In this document: positions 25,453-34,838 of the stretch, one piece after another
Position numbering within the stretch: the first letter of the stretch is position 1
Layout of the letters: every line of letters begins with the position of its first letter
Virus record (IMG/VR): IMGVR_UViG_3300009159_000064
Span: 5,253 to 69,252 of that record
DNA: 64,000 nt
Source: a virus
Strand: one strand, 5' to 3'
Position numbers and translations under genes: made by a program
The notes under the pieces: model-generated
Database searches by the model: none
The model's input: the letters and a program-made list of their open reading frames with translations, nothing else
Told to the model about the DNA's origin: nothing

Positions 25453-25944
25453 CTATCTCCAGCTAGGCTTAAGCGTTTTTAACTGAGCACGACGCTCTGC
25501 GTCAATATACTGTTGGTTATCCTGTTCCATTGTTCGTGGTATACCTTTAGGACCAACTTTGCCATCGTTTGTGAGAACCACTGGCATTGCTCCTGGTGGG
25601 GCAAACTTCATGCCTTTAGATTCGTATGAGATACCAGTCCATAAATTAAACTCATCTGGCCAAACGTAATCACCTGGATTTACTCTTTCGCCTTTGTGCA
25701 CACCACGAGAATATTGTCGGGCATTAGTGCGACTCAATGTTCCTAAAGTTTTATCTTGTCGTCGGTTTGCCGACATTGTGCCGAGGTATCCGTCTGGATA
25801 CGTGGTGTCTTGAAGTGTTCTGTAGCCTGCTAATTGATAATCTTTGTTATTGCGAAACATAGGAGCTGGCCCAAACATTGGTTGGGATGAAGATTCTTGC
25901 TGAGCGTTGGGTGTTTGCCAATCAGCAAAGGATTGATTAGCCAT
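25453..25944 (-). CDS. Hypothetical phage protein
   Basis: YPDGYLGT...RGVHKGER...YVWP; TAATG coupling. Confidence 0.8.
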   Translation of the reverse strand: MANQSFADWQTPNAQQESSSQPMFGPAPMFRNNKDYQLAGYRTLQDTTYPDGYLGTMSANRRQDKTLGTLSRTNARQYSRGVHKGERVNPGDYVWPDEFNLWTGISYESKGMKFAPPGAMPVVLTNDGKVGPKGIPRTMEQDNQQYIDAERRAQLKTLKPSWR

Positions 25945-26069
25945 TAGTTACCAGCGTTACTATGATCAAAAGAAGTCATGAACCCACCAGCCGCTCCACT
26001 CACTGCTGAAATAGGACGTGGTTTAGCCTTAACAACTTTCTTAGAAGCTTTCTTCTTTTTAGTAGCCAT
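25944..26069 (-). CDS. 41-aa basic protein MATKKKKASKK
   Basis: TAATG coupling at both ends; below ORF-track cutoff. Confidence 0.65.
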   Translation of the reverse strand: MATKKKKASKKVVKAKPRPISAVSGAAGGFMTSFDHSNAGN

Positions 26070-26329
26070 TAGCAATCCCATTTACGCAAAGCCAATGCTT
26101 TACGTGTTGGTTCACCATTTGGCTTCTTCATTGGACCTTCCATGCCTCCCATGCGAGCACAGAACGACTTGCGTCGTGCAGCAGACTTAGGAGATTTCTT
26201 CGCTTGCTCGGCAGAGACAGGTGGTTTGAGGTTATGTCCTTCCTTTTTAGCAGAGGCACGACCTTTAGCATTTAAACCACCTTCAGGGTTTTTACCCTCT
26301 TTTCGTTGCCATGCAGGTGACTTAGCCAT
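26069..26329 (-). CDS. DUF6321-like basic protein
   Basis: AWQRKEGKNPEGGLNAKGRAS...RRKSFCARM...ALRKWDC. Confidence 0.75.
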   Translation of the reverse strand: MAKSPAWQRKEGKNPEGGLNAKGRASAKKEGHNLKPPVSAEQAKKSPKSAARRKSFCARMGGMEGPMKKPNGEPTRKALALRKWDC

Positions 26330-26463
26330 TATTTCTTTTTTGCTTTCTTTACTGGTTTCTTGGTTAATTCTGATTCAGGTACGCAGTTAGGAACCATTTT
26401 ACCATTCTTCTTCTTCATCCCTAATTGTACATAGCCTTCCCAGCACGGTCCTTGTTTTGCCAT
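26329..26463 (-). CDS. 44-aa basic protein
   Basis: GPCWEGY..LGMKKKNGKMVPNCVP; TAATG coupling. Confidence 0.7.
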   Translation of the reverse strand: MAKQGPCWEGYVQLGMKKKNGKMVPNCVPESELTKKPVKKAKKK

Positions 26464-26464
26464 A

Positions 26465-26770
26465 TTAGTAACCATTCCGTCTTTTCTTGTTGATATCTCC
26501 GTTGTACTTCTGCCATATCATATAATTGTCTCTTGATTTTTGTTCACTGCGTTCAGCTTCATCAAAATGATTTGAGCCTATTGACATGTATGACATTGGA
26601 TTAATGCCTGAGTTTTTGTCTGGATCTTTATCTGGCAAACCACCAGTTTTAGTTCGTGGTTTTTTAGGTGGCTTTTTACTGCCACCGCCTGATGCTGTTT
26701 GTGTACTAGAGTCTTTCCACACTTTATTTTTTAAGTATGGGCCGCTAATTTCATCTAAGCGGTTTTCCAT
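26465..26770 (-). CDS. Hypothetical protein
   Basis: 101 aa, GGGSKKPPKKP. Confidence 0.7.
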   Translation of the reverse strand: MENRLDEISGPYLKNKVWKDSSTQTASGGGSKKPPKKPRTKTGGLPDKDPDKNSGINPMSYMSIGSNHFDEAERSEQKSRDNYMIWQKYNGDINKKRRNGY

Positions 26771-26772
26771 AA

Positions 26773-26961
26773 CTACTCAGTCCAAACTTCAGTTTTTCCA
26801 GCACCAGTTGGACGAGGCATTCCATAAGGAGAAGCGTCGTCATTAAGATTAGATTTTTTAGAAGGGTTATGAGAAGCATCTGTTTGTTTGCGAGCTTTTC
26901 TTCCTTTATACTCTGCCATGTCCACAATATTAGACTTTTGTGATTTACGAATATAGCCCAT
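26773..26961 (-). CDS. Small basic protein (NIVDMAEYKGRK)
   Basis: 62-aa ORF in packed operon. Confidence 0.65.
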   Translation of the reverse strand: MGYIRKSQKSNIVDMAEYKGRKARKQTDASHNPSKKSNLNDDASPYGMPRPTGAGKTEVWTE

Positions 26962-26963
26962 TT

Positions 26964-27212
26964 TTATTTGTAATATCCATCTTTGTCATATCGTTCCATT
27001 TTTTCATTATGGTCTTTAACGCCTTTAAATCCATCTTTAAGATAAGCTGCTTCAGCTCCGCTTGCTGGTATGTCCCTACCTAGTGTTTTGACAGCGCTTA
27101 ATCTTTCTCGTTCTTGTTCATGTACTTGAGTGTACAACTTACCTGCGTCTGCAGAAGTAATGCCGTGTGGATCGTCGTAGCGTCCACCATGGTGTTTTTT
27201 ATGAAAAATCAT
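26964..27212 (-). CDS. Hypothetical protein
   Basis: 82 aa, GAGG RBS. Confidence 0.7.
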   Translation of the reverse strand: MIFHKKHHGGRYDDPHGITSADAGKLYTQVHEQERERLSAVKTLGRDIPASGAEAAYLKDGFKGVKDHNEKMERYDKDGYYK

Positions 27213-27214
27213 TG

Positions 27215-27505
27215 TTACCTCAATACTGGTTTAAAGGAAATAGCCGAAATGCTTTCACCGTTCTCACCAATAATATCATCAAAACCAATAATGAAATAAA
27301 GATCTATGCCTCGTGGGGCAACAAAACCTCTTGCAATAGCGGCAGCTTTTGCACCTTGATTAACAGCACTTGCACCAATGGCTCGTATCTTAGGTAAATG
27401 CCCTGCGACAATTGATCGGGCAAGAATAGAGCCAACACTTTGAGGGTTGCTGCTTCCTGATACCTTTAAGACATCTTCAACTTTCTGATTAAGTTCTTGT
27501 GACAT
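27215..27505 (-). CDS. spoVS: SpoVS-family protein
   Basis: VLKVSGSSNPQSVG...AIGASAVNQGAKAAAIARGFVAP.GIDL...SAISF. Confidence 0.9.
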   Translation of the reverse strand: MSQELNQKVEDVLKVSGSSNPQSVGSILARSIVAGHLPKIRAIGASAVNQGAKAAAIARGFVAPRGIDLYFIIGFDDIIGENGESISAISFKPVLR

Positions 27506-27577
27506 ATAGACTCCCATTTGTAAAACATAGTTAAACAATGGTAGCACTATTGCAATACTTATGTGTTAAAGCATAAA

Positions 27578-27943
27578 CTACTGAAACTCAGCATCTTTTA
27601 AGAGTTTTAGCATGTCCTCTAAACGCATGATGGCGTATGACTCCCCTAATGCCGCTGCTCCCTTACCTGGTCGTTTTACTACAAGCAAAGGATAAGCTTC
27701 TTTAAGCCGTGCAGCTTGTTCTACGGTTGCGTTAAGCCACTCACTTAACTTAAAAGATTTTTGATTCTTACATTGAATAGCAATCTCAACAGGGCTAAGT
27801 CTTTGCTTTATGCCGTGTATATCACCAGCATCATTTTCTCCTGCAAGGGCGGTTCTGCGAGCGTTTGGGAACATGTTCTCTTTAAGGTAGTTAACAATGG
27901 CTGTCTCAAATGAGGTGCCTTTAGCTTTATGTTTATTTCCCAT
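27578..27943 (-). CDS. Holliday-junction resolvase, PD-(D/E)xK type
   Basis: KAKGTSFE...GDI...IQCKN. Confidence 0.8.
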   Translation of the reverse strand: MGNKHKAKGTSFETAIVNYLKENMFPNARRTALAGENDAGDIHGIKQRLSPVEIAIQCKNQKSFKLSEWLNATVEQAARLKEAYPLLVVKRPGKGAAALGESYAIMRLEDMLKLLKDAEFQ

Positions 27944-28104
27944 TACTCCTCCACTTGCTGATACTTAGAATAACTCATAGTAATTAACCTATCTCCTGAA
28001 GTAACACCTACCCAAGTTGGGGAATCACTGTCGCATAAACATCCCACAGTACGTTTTGTATCAGAAACAATAATGTGATTGCAGGTATTGCACTGTACTT
28101 TCAT
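27943..28104 (-). CDS. 53-aa zinc-ribbon protein
   Basis: VQCNTC...GCLCD; TAATG coupling. Confidence 0.7.
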   Translation of the reverse strand: MKVQCNTCNHIIVSDTKRTVGCLCDSDSPTWVGVTSGDRLITMSYSKYQQVEE

Positions 28105-28106
28105 AA

Positions 28107-28589
28107 TCAGGGTAGGAATCTAGAAGCACGATTTTCTTTAGGTGCAAGACTAATTCTTCGGCTTAACTCTCGTGAAAGGACTTGAGCACCACGTTCACAC
28201 CTATCAAAAACCGTGTCTACTAACTTACGGTAAGCACGAGCCTGTGTGTAGGTTTCTTGTTGTGTTTGGACTTTTTCTTCAACATCTCTTTTTGCTTTAG
28301 CTATAGTCACTAGTTCACCTTTAATTTTGTTGTCCCATTGTTCAATAAGGGTGCAAGCTTTTATGTACTCAAAAGTGTTTAACTCACGTTCTTCTATAAT
28401 TTCTGCTGAGACTAATTGAGACTTAGTGTAGTTAACCCATGCCATAAACTCTGAATACAAGGACATAAGATCAATTTCCGAAATGTCTCCTAAGTTTCTA
28501 GGAACTACTGGTAATAAACCGTGTGGCTTTTCAGGCAACATAAAGTTGTGTAAAAATTTGTCCATCTCTGGTGTCTCATCTATAATCAT
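28107..28589 (-). CDS. Coiled-coil protein, possible recombination mediator (UvsY-like)
   Basis: All-helical, in RecA operon; function inferred from context only. Confidence 0.45.
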   Translation of the reverse strand: MIIDETPEMDKFLHNFMLPEKPHGLLPVVPRNLGDISEIDLMSLYSEFMAWVNYTKSQLVSAEIIEERELNTFEYIKACTLIEQWDNKIKGELVTIAKAKRDVEEKVQTQQETYTQARAYRKLVDTVFDRCERGAQVLSRELSRRISLAPKENRASRFLP

Positions 28590-29464
28590 CTTTCGCTCCA
28601 ACATGTTTTCTTAAAAGGACAATACTTACAACCACTACAACTTGAAGACTCTGCCCACGCTGGGCGCATTGGTGGAATCTTCTGCTGTAAGGCTACTAGC
28701 AAAAGTTGACAACTATCCAATATAGGTTGAATTAATTCTGGAAGATACTTAATAGAAAACTCTTTAACTTCTTGAGAAGGCTTCCACTCATAAATAAAGG
28801 TTAAATCATGAATACCAGTACAGTGCATGTACAACATACCTTGACGAATATGGCTTGCAAATGGTTGGCGAATCTTCTTCCATAGACCGTCTATACCCAT
28901 AGCTGGGTTAGTTTCGTACTCTTTGTATAAGTCTAAGGCTTCAAACCTAATAGTGCCTAAACCTACGGATTTAATTTCAATTAAAGTTCTACCTTTTTTG
29001 TCTGAAACTATTCCATCAGCACTACCTATAATCCCGTAGGGTTCGCTTTTTAGAGGAACTTCAGCATACGCCAAATGTTCTGATGCATTGCATTCTGGAC
29101 AATTTCTTGGTGATAGGTCCCACCACTTGTGTGAACATGAACCACACCTCCATTGACCTTCTAATACTCCTGCATCCCATAGCCATTTCTGCCACTTTGC
29201 GTGAATAGCGTGTCCTTCTTCAAATACGTTTAGTCTTTGGAAAGAAAAGGTTTCATCGGAATCAACTTCTCCTTTTATCTTGTACCAAGTAGCTCGTGGA
29301 CACCAGTCTCTTTTAGCCAAATCACTGGGGTGAAACATAGTTGTATCTCTATGTTTATCTTTTTCTTTTTTAGACTTTAATAGCTGAACAGCAACAAGAG
29401 GAATAATGCGTCCATTCATTTTTAACAAATTCTTATAGTTGTGCATGTCTCCAGAGTTAGTCAT
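28586..29464 (-). CDS. Cas4-like PD-(D/E)xK exonuclease
   Basis: HPS...WCPR, GHAIH, GSADG, IEIKS, Q..LY, C..CKYCPF..C; inserted CGSC/CPEC. Confidence 0.85.
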   Translation of the reverse strand: MTNSGDMHNYKNLLKMNGRIIPLVAVQLLKSKKEKDKHRDTTMFHPSDLAKRDWCPRATWYKIKGEVDSDETFSFQRLNVFEEGHAIHAKWQKWLWDAGVLEGQWRCGSCSHKWWDLSPRNCPECNASEHLAYAEVPLKSEPYGIIGSADGIVSDKKGRTLIEIKSVGLGTIRFEALDLYKEYETNPAMGIDGLWKKIRQPFASHIRQGMLYMHCTGIHDLTFIYEWKPSQEVKEFSIKYLPELIQPILDSCQLLLVALQQKIPPMRPAWAESSSCSGCKYCPFKKTCWSER

Positions 29465-29795
29465 TAGTTGTTAACTCCAAAAAATCGTCCTCAATAATAA
29501 CTACATAACGGCGGTTAGCAAGATCAAACTGTAATATCGGTATTCTATCTTCCAGTAATGCACGATCTCTAAGCTCCCTTAAATCCAATTCTTTTAATGT
29601 AATTGTTTTTTTGTTCTCTGTCAGTTTATTCTCAATAAGATATTCATGACTTCTAACGTCATTCTTTCTAAGCCAGCCAGCTCCAGAGCGTGCATTACGT
29701 GACCCGTTGTAAGTATTTGCTGTTCTTTTCTCTTGTTTCTTAGAGGATTTCATTATCCTCGTGTGTCTATCGGGATCTCTCCCTATGACGGTCAT
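29457..29795 (-). CDS. Small PD-(D/E)xK nuclease, resolvase-like
   Basis: QEKR.A...SGAGW..KNDV...LIENK. Confidence 0.7.
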   Translation of the reverse strand: MTVIGRDPDRHTRIMKSSKKQEKRTANTYNGSRNARSGAGWLRKNDVRSHEYLIENKLTENKKTITLKELDLRELRDRALLEDRIPILQFDLANRRYVVIIEDDFLELTTND

Positions 29796-30814
29796 CTGAC
29801 AACTTTGTAATAGGCTTCAATATCAGTCTTTAGAGATGCTTGTAACTGAAGATCTTCTCTAAAAGCTTCTAGCATCTTGTCTTTACCTTGCCATCTTTGC
29901 CCAGCATAGTCATAGTAAGCGCCAGCACGAGTAATAATCTCAGTAACTGCAGCGATGTTAAGCATATCCTTTAGGGTGTCAAAAGAACCAAGAGAAAAAC
30001 CTTGAGTGTTTGTAAAGTAAAAGTCAACTACAGCCTGTTGCGATGGCTTATATGTTTTGTTCTTTAGGGTTCTAGCTTTGATGGTTTGACCAATAATTTC
30101 ATCTTTATCTTTAAGCCATTCATCTCTACGAACCTCAACCCTAACAAAGTAACTAAAGTTTTTAGCAAGACCGCCTGGAGTAGTTCTATTGTCTCCCCAC
30201 ATCACACCAATCTTCTGACGCCATTGATTAATCATTAATCCAGTGCATGATCGTTCTTTATCTACCATTGATCTCTTCTGTGCTTCTGAAGCTTTGCGAA
30301 AAAACTTTGATGTAATACGAGCGCCTAACCCAACAGTAAACTCATCCATAGCACGCTCTGACTCATCAGATGGTACAAGTGCAGGTAGAGAGTCAATAAC
30401 AACGCAATCAGCAGCTCTGTTGTGCATTAACTCAATAACAAGGTTGTATGCTTGCTCCATATTATTTGTCTCAATGACCCATAAACGAGACAGGTCAACC
30501 CCAATTGCTTGGGCATAATCTGGTACAAACTCTTCAGCAGCTACCCATACAGCAGTCCATTCAGGATCTAAGGCTTGATTTGCTGCAATGGTCTTAAAGG
30601 CTATTGCTGTCTTTCCCGATGACTCATCACCAATAATCTCAGACCATTGATTAGAAGGCCAGCCTCCACCAAGCATCAAGTCATAGGCAAGAATACCAGT
30701 GGTAGTACGTTCTAAGCGTTGATGCATAGCATCGGCACGTAAAATAGAAACATCATTTTGTTTCTTGTTTATTTTATTAATTATTGCTGATATTGATTCG
30801 TAATTAGTTTCCAT
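29792..30814 (-). CDS. recA: RecA/UvsX recombinase
   Basis: GDESSGKT, VVIDSLPAL, INQWRQKIGVMWG..TTPGG. Confidence 0.95.
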   Translation of the reverse strand: METNYESISAIINKINKKQNDVSILRADAMHQRLERTTTGILAYDLMLGGGWPSNQWSEIIGDESSGKTAIAFKTIAANQALDPEWTAVWVAAEEFVPDYAQAIGVDLSRLWVIETNNMEQAYNLVIELMHNRAADCVVIDSLPALVPSDESERAMDEFTVGLGARITSKFFRKASEAQKRSMVDKERSCTGLMINQWRQKIGVMWGDNRTTPGGLAKNFSYFVRVEVRRDEWLKDKDEIIGQTIKARTLKNKTYKPSQQAVVDFYFTNTQGFSLGSFDTLKDMLNIAAVTEIITRAGAYYDYAGQRWQGKDKMLEAFREDLQLQASLKTDIEAYYKVVR

Positions 30815-30824
30815 TTTGTGCTCC

Positions 30825-31199
30825 TCATACTGACCAGGATGTCTGATCTGCTTGCTCATATATACCATTCCAACCACATTCAAAACATCTTGGTGCTGGT
30901 GCGTGTCCTAATGAGCCACCATTTGATCTACTGAATACATTTTTACTAGCGCAACGAGGACATGTCAAAGAACCTTCTCTACGATGAGCCTCTCCACCTT
31001 TCCAATTCCTAATAGCCGTACCCATGTCAGTTTGCCCTGTTGGGTCACTCTGTGGAGCTACTGACTCTACACGTTGTATAGCAACAGCTTCTGCCTGTTG
31101 GCGTAGGGCTGGCAAAATTACGTTCCGAGTAACTGGAGGTAATGAAGAACTTTCTTGTGAACTATTTCCTGTTAACTTTTTATCCCACCATGAAGACAT
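30825..31199 (-). CDS. Zinc-ribbon hypothetical protein
   Basis: CPRC...RCFECGW. Confidence 0.75.
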   Translation of the reverse strand: MSSWWDKKLTGNSSQESSSLPPVTRNVILPALRQQAEAVAIQRVESVAPQSDPTGQTDMGTAIRNWKGGEAHRREGSLTCPRCASKNVFSRSNGGSLGHAPAPRCFECGWNGIYEQADQTSWSV

Positions 31200-31601
31200 C
31201 TAATCCCAATCCTCTCGTTCTTCGTCGTCGTCGTCCCTATCACAATCATCATCGTACTCCACCGTGTACATTAAAGCAACCTTATTGTTAGATATTAACT
31301 TCTGAATTAACGACATACTGTAAGACATGATTACAGTTTTAGCGCTTTCAATCATGGCTGGAGTTTGACCTTCTGTAGAATTTGTTTTCTCTAGCACTTG
31401 TGAAAACCACTCAACAGACTCAACAATTTCATCAAAAATACCAAAATGATGTAATGTTTCCCATTGTTGTTCTATAAGACCTAGTTCTAATTCCTCAACA
31501 TCTTTAGATGCTGGGGCAAAACCTAATTGATTAGCAACATCTTGACCTGTCTGTGATGACAGCATTAGACAAAAATTGCGTTTACTTAAGATAGTTGTCA
31601 T
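31200..31601 (-). CDS. Hypothetical protein with acidic tail
   Basis: ATGA overlap with polymerase. Confidence 0.75.
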   Translation of the reverse strand: MTTILSKRNFCLMLSSQTGQDVANQLGFAPASKDVEELELGLIEQQWETLHHFGIFDEIVESVEWFSQVLEKTNSTEGQTPAMIESAKTVIMSYSMSLIQKLISNNKVALMYTVEYDDDCDRDDDDEEREDWD

Positions 31602-33646
31602 TGTTTAGCCTCCGCCCAACTACGTGCTGCATGGCACGAAACTTTTAATGTGACACCCATGATAGTCTTATTGTGACCCATTGCGTTTATTAGCGTAGAT
31701 ATAGCTGATTCTTCTTCATCTTCTGGAGATATGGCTACCAATTCGTCGTGTACCTGCACAAGCATCTTAGAATTTGTAGAGCGAAAAGCCAAGTCAACAT
31801 CAATCATTGCCTGTTTACAGATGTCGGCAGCACTACCTTGAATAATAGCGTTAATAGCTTGACGCTGTGCTCTTGAAACCAACTCAGAAGAACGAGAAGT
31901 CAAATCAAGTAGTCTTCGTCTTCTACCGCTTATGGTAGCCGTGTACCCACGTTTGGTGGCAGTAGCAATGGCTACCTGTTTCCATCTAGTTAACCCCGAA
32001 AAGCTCTTATAATAAGAAGCCAATATCTCCTCAGCATGCTCCGCAGTAATACCTGTAACACGTGCAAGCTTGTTAGAACCTCCGCCATACGCTGTAAGGA
32101 AGTTAACTCCCTTACCTATTTGTCGTTCTTCAGAAGTTATTTCTGTAATATCTTTTTTAAAGACAGCTGCTGCTGTTGCTGTATGAATGTCCTCGTTGTT
32201 TCTAAAAATCTCTAACAAACGCTTGTCTTGACTAAACATAGCCATTACACGTAATTCAATCTGATCGTAGTCAGCTACAAGCATGGTGTACCCATCTGGT
32301 GGAACAAACAATCCTCTAATGCTTGAATCACGAGGAACATTCTGTAAGTTTGGTGAGGACGAAGACAAACGCCCAGTCGCTGTTCTATGTAAATTAAAAG
32401 ATGGGTGTAACTTATTATTGTTAAGTTTTGGAAGAAGTCCATCTACATATGTGTTCTTTAGCTTCTGAGTTTCAGACCAAGTAAGAAGTAACGGAATAAT
32501 AGGGTGCTTACCCTGAAGACTCTCCAAAGACTCTGTGTCCACGGATGGTGCTCCTTTTGGTGTTTTCTTGGTGGGTTTTAAACCTAACCCACCATCTCTC
32601 TTTTTGTTAAATAAAAACAACTGCTTGTCCTTATTTGAATCTGGATTGAATCCAGGGTAAGCGACCTCTGACAACAAAAGAAGAGTGTCATTCAACTTGT
32701 TGTCTAATTCTTTTCTTAGCTGCTTTAGAGCGTAGCTATCTACAGTAATGCCCTCTTGCTCCATAGACATAAGAACACGCATAACTTCCATGTCTTGTTC
32801 CATTACTGGAATTAATGAAGACTCGGTTTTTAGCTTTGCCATTAACTTTATGTAGAGCATCCATGTCCAACGAGCATCTAAATGCACATAACGAGAAGCC
32901 ATACTAAATGGAACTGAAGTAATAATTTTGCCCAACTTACCTTCTTTGGCATAAGGTGAATGGGTACCAAAATTCATGGATATTAAATTGGTTAAAGAAA
33001 AGCTAGATGAGTTCTCGTCGCAAACATGTTGCAAGATCATGGTGTCACGATAAGGACCATGTGGCAACTCTCCATAATACTTTTGGATGGATAAAGCGTC
33101 AAACTTTACGTTGTGCCCAACTTTGGTAGCATCACTAAAGAATATGGGGCGTAAAGTCTCAAAAACATCGTAGCGAGAAAGTTGCGCTGGTGGAGCGGAA
33201 TGCGTAGCAGGTATATGGTATTTAGTCTTTGCGGTAGATACCAAACCGTTTTTAAGAACCTTGCGATACTCCAATGGTGGAAGAACAGTACCATCGCCTA
33301 CTTGTTCAGGAACTAATATCTCTCCTACTGAATGCCCCATTGGTATAGCCCATGAATGTCCATGTGTTGCTATGCCTAACCAAAATACCTCATTACGAAA
33401 AGGGTCAAGTGCAAGAGTTGAAAGATATCGTTGGCGAATTGCTTCAGTTGATCTAGCTACCACATCCTCACTAGGGTTCTTAAGAGTTGCGATGTGTTCT
33501 TTACACTCATTTTTAAAAAGTGTATTAACATCATCGTGACGCTCAAGAACCCCACGTGATTCAATGTCAAAGGCAAAAGCCTTAAACTCTGTAACTGTCT
33601 CTACTATCTTCTGCAATTCTTCAACGGTGTGAACCGTCTTGTGCAT
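31598..33646 (-). CDS. polA: Family A DNA polymerase with 3'-5' exonuclease
   Basis: FDIES, GHNVKFD, TATGRLSSSSPNLQN, ADYDQIELR, KGVNF..AYG, QVHDEL. Confidence 0.95.
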   Translation of the reverse strand: MHKTVHTVEELQKIVETVTEFKAFAFDIESRGVLERHDDVNTLFKNECKEHIATLKNPSEDVVARSTEAIRQRYLSTLALDPFRNEVFWLGIATHGHSWAIPMGHSVGEILVPEQVGDGTVLPPLEYRKVLKNGLVSTAKTKYHIPATHSAPPAQLSRYDVFETLRPIFFSDATKVGHNVKFDALSIQKYYGELPHGPYRDTMILQHVCDENSSSFSLTNLISMNFGTHSPYAKEGKLGKIITSVPFSMASRYVHLDARWTWMLYIKLMAKLKTESSLIPVMEQDMEVMRVLMSMEQEGITVDSYALKQLRKELDNKLNDTLLLLSEVAYPGFNPDSNKDKQLFLFNKKRDGGLGLKPTKKTPKGAPSVDTESLESLQGKHPIIPLLLTWSETQKLKNTYVDGLLPKLNNNKLHPSFNLHRTATGRLSSSSPNLQNVPRDSSIRGLFVPPDGYTMLVADYDQIELRVMAMFSQDKRLLEIFRNNEDIHTATAAAVFKKDITEITSEERQIGKGVNFLTAYGGGSNKLARVTGITAEHAEEILASYYKSFSGLTRWKQVAIATATKRGYTATISGRRRRLLDLTSRSSELVSRAQRQAINAIIQGSAADICKQAMIDVDLAFRSTNSKMLVQVHDELVAISPEDEEESAISTLINAMGHNKTIMGVTLKVSCHAARSWAEAKQ

Positions 33647-33649
33647 TAC

Positions 33650-34375
33650 TTACCGAGCGTCAGTAATCTCTGCGGCAATTTCCAAAAGGTCACTGCGGTT
33701 AGGGATTGAAATAATCTCAGGTGTGTAGCAATTGCGGTGTAGGACTACCATCTCTTCTTCGGTGTACCCGACCATTGACCAATCTGTTAGGTCACGATCA
33801 TGTACTTTCTGAATGATGGTTTGAGTTTGTGCACCCTTGCCAGTCTTTGATACTGCCCAATAACTCTTGGATAGTGGGCCTTGAACTGGGTGGGTGTGGA
33901 AGTTTTTGAGTTGATCAATTAGACGAACTCCTACTTCAAATGACTTAACAGATGTGTCTCCTTCATCACCAAGTACTGCAATGTTAAATGCAAACTTTGT
34001 TGATGGGCGATTTCCTGAGTCGCAAAGTGGACAACCATCTTGGTGGTCAGCTAAGCAAACAAAAGATTTTTGACCTGCACGACCATCAATCCAGTGTGTA
34101 CGGAATGATGCGTAAGGCTCATCTTCTAGGAACTTAATAATCTGTGGTTCTTCGGTAACCTTAAAGCGTTGAGCAAACGCTGATGTTGATTCTTGCACTT
34201 TTTGTGCAGCACCCCAACCACGCTTGATAACACTTTTCTTAGCTGGATCACTAACTGGTGTTTCTACTCTTGATTTTTGTGCAAGAGGTGAACTCTTTGT
34301 TTCAGCAGCTGGTGGAGTGTCAAACTCCACTTCGTCTGTGTCAAAGTCTTCGTCATATTTATTTGGCATTGGCAT
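33650..34375 (-). CDS. Single-stranded DNA-binding protein
   Basis: H...C...CPLC Zn site, IKFLEDEP, acidic terminus, adjacent to polymerase. Confidence 0.7.
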   Translation of the reverse strand: MPMPNKYDEDFDTDEVEFDTPPAAETKSSPLAQKSRVETPVSDPAKKSVIKRGWGAAQKVQESTSAFAQRFKVTEEPQIIKFLEDEPYASFRTHWIDGRAGQKSFVCLADHQDGCPLCDSGNRPSTKFAFNIAVLGDEGDTSVKSFEVGVRLIDQLKNFHTHPVQGPLSKSYWAVSKTGKGAQTQTIIQKVHDRDLTDWSMVGYTEEEMVVLHRNCYTPEIISIPNRSDLLEIAAEITDAR

Positions 34376-34412
34376 TGTTTTTTTCCTTTGTGCTTGTGTT
34401 TGTTTTTATGTT

Positions 34413-34838
34413 TTAATTTTTCCAATTATCTTTTATGTGTTGCCTTAGTTTATTCCATGCCGTAGCTGGTACCACACTAGGGTTGCTATCCCCTAAATAA
34501 GTATCAACTGCGAACAATATTAAGTCTACCTGCTTCTTGGTGTAAAGCCTACGTCCTTTTAAAGATTTTCCTGGAGCTTGTATACCAACAGGTAGTTGTG
34601 TTCTATAGGTTGTAGGAGGTATTATGCCTCTTGATTCCCATGCTCGTATAGTAACAGCTTTTCTTCCTATTACTTTGGCTAACTGTCCTACTGTATAAAC
34701 TTCAACCCTCTCCCCACGTAAAATGTAAGTAGCAGGTTTGATTCCCGCAAAAGGATCATCAATACGTTTTTGTTTGCGTACTGTCCTATTACGTGGAGGT
34801 TTTTTACCTGGGTAATCCTCTATGCCTTTAATGCCCAC
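34413..34838 (-). CDS. MerR-like HTH DNA-binding protein
   Basis: YTVGQLAKVIGRKAVTIRAWESRGIIP...RRLYT. Confidence 0.8.
   Translation of the reverse strand: MGIKGIEDYPGKKPPRNRTVRKQKRIDDPFAGIKPATYILRGERVEVYTVGQLAKVIGRKAVTIRAWESRGIIPPTTYRTQLPVGIQAPGKSLKGRRLYTKKQVDLILFAVDTYLGDSNPSVVPATAWNKLRQHIKDNWKN

Noticed and set aside
28586-29464. Cas4-like gene as evidence of a CRISPR-Cas system
   Set aside because: No repeat-spacer array or other cas genes were seen; it sits in a RecA operon, as is typical of solo phage Cas4-like nucleases
31598-33646. Intein or intron in polA (or dnaB, recA)
   Set aside because: Frames are continuous, sizes are normal, and no intein C/S...HN termini or homing endonuclease motifs were seen
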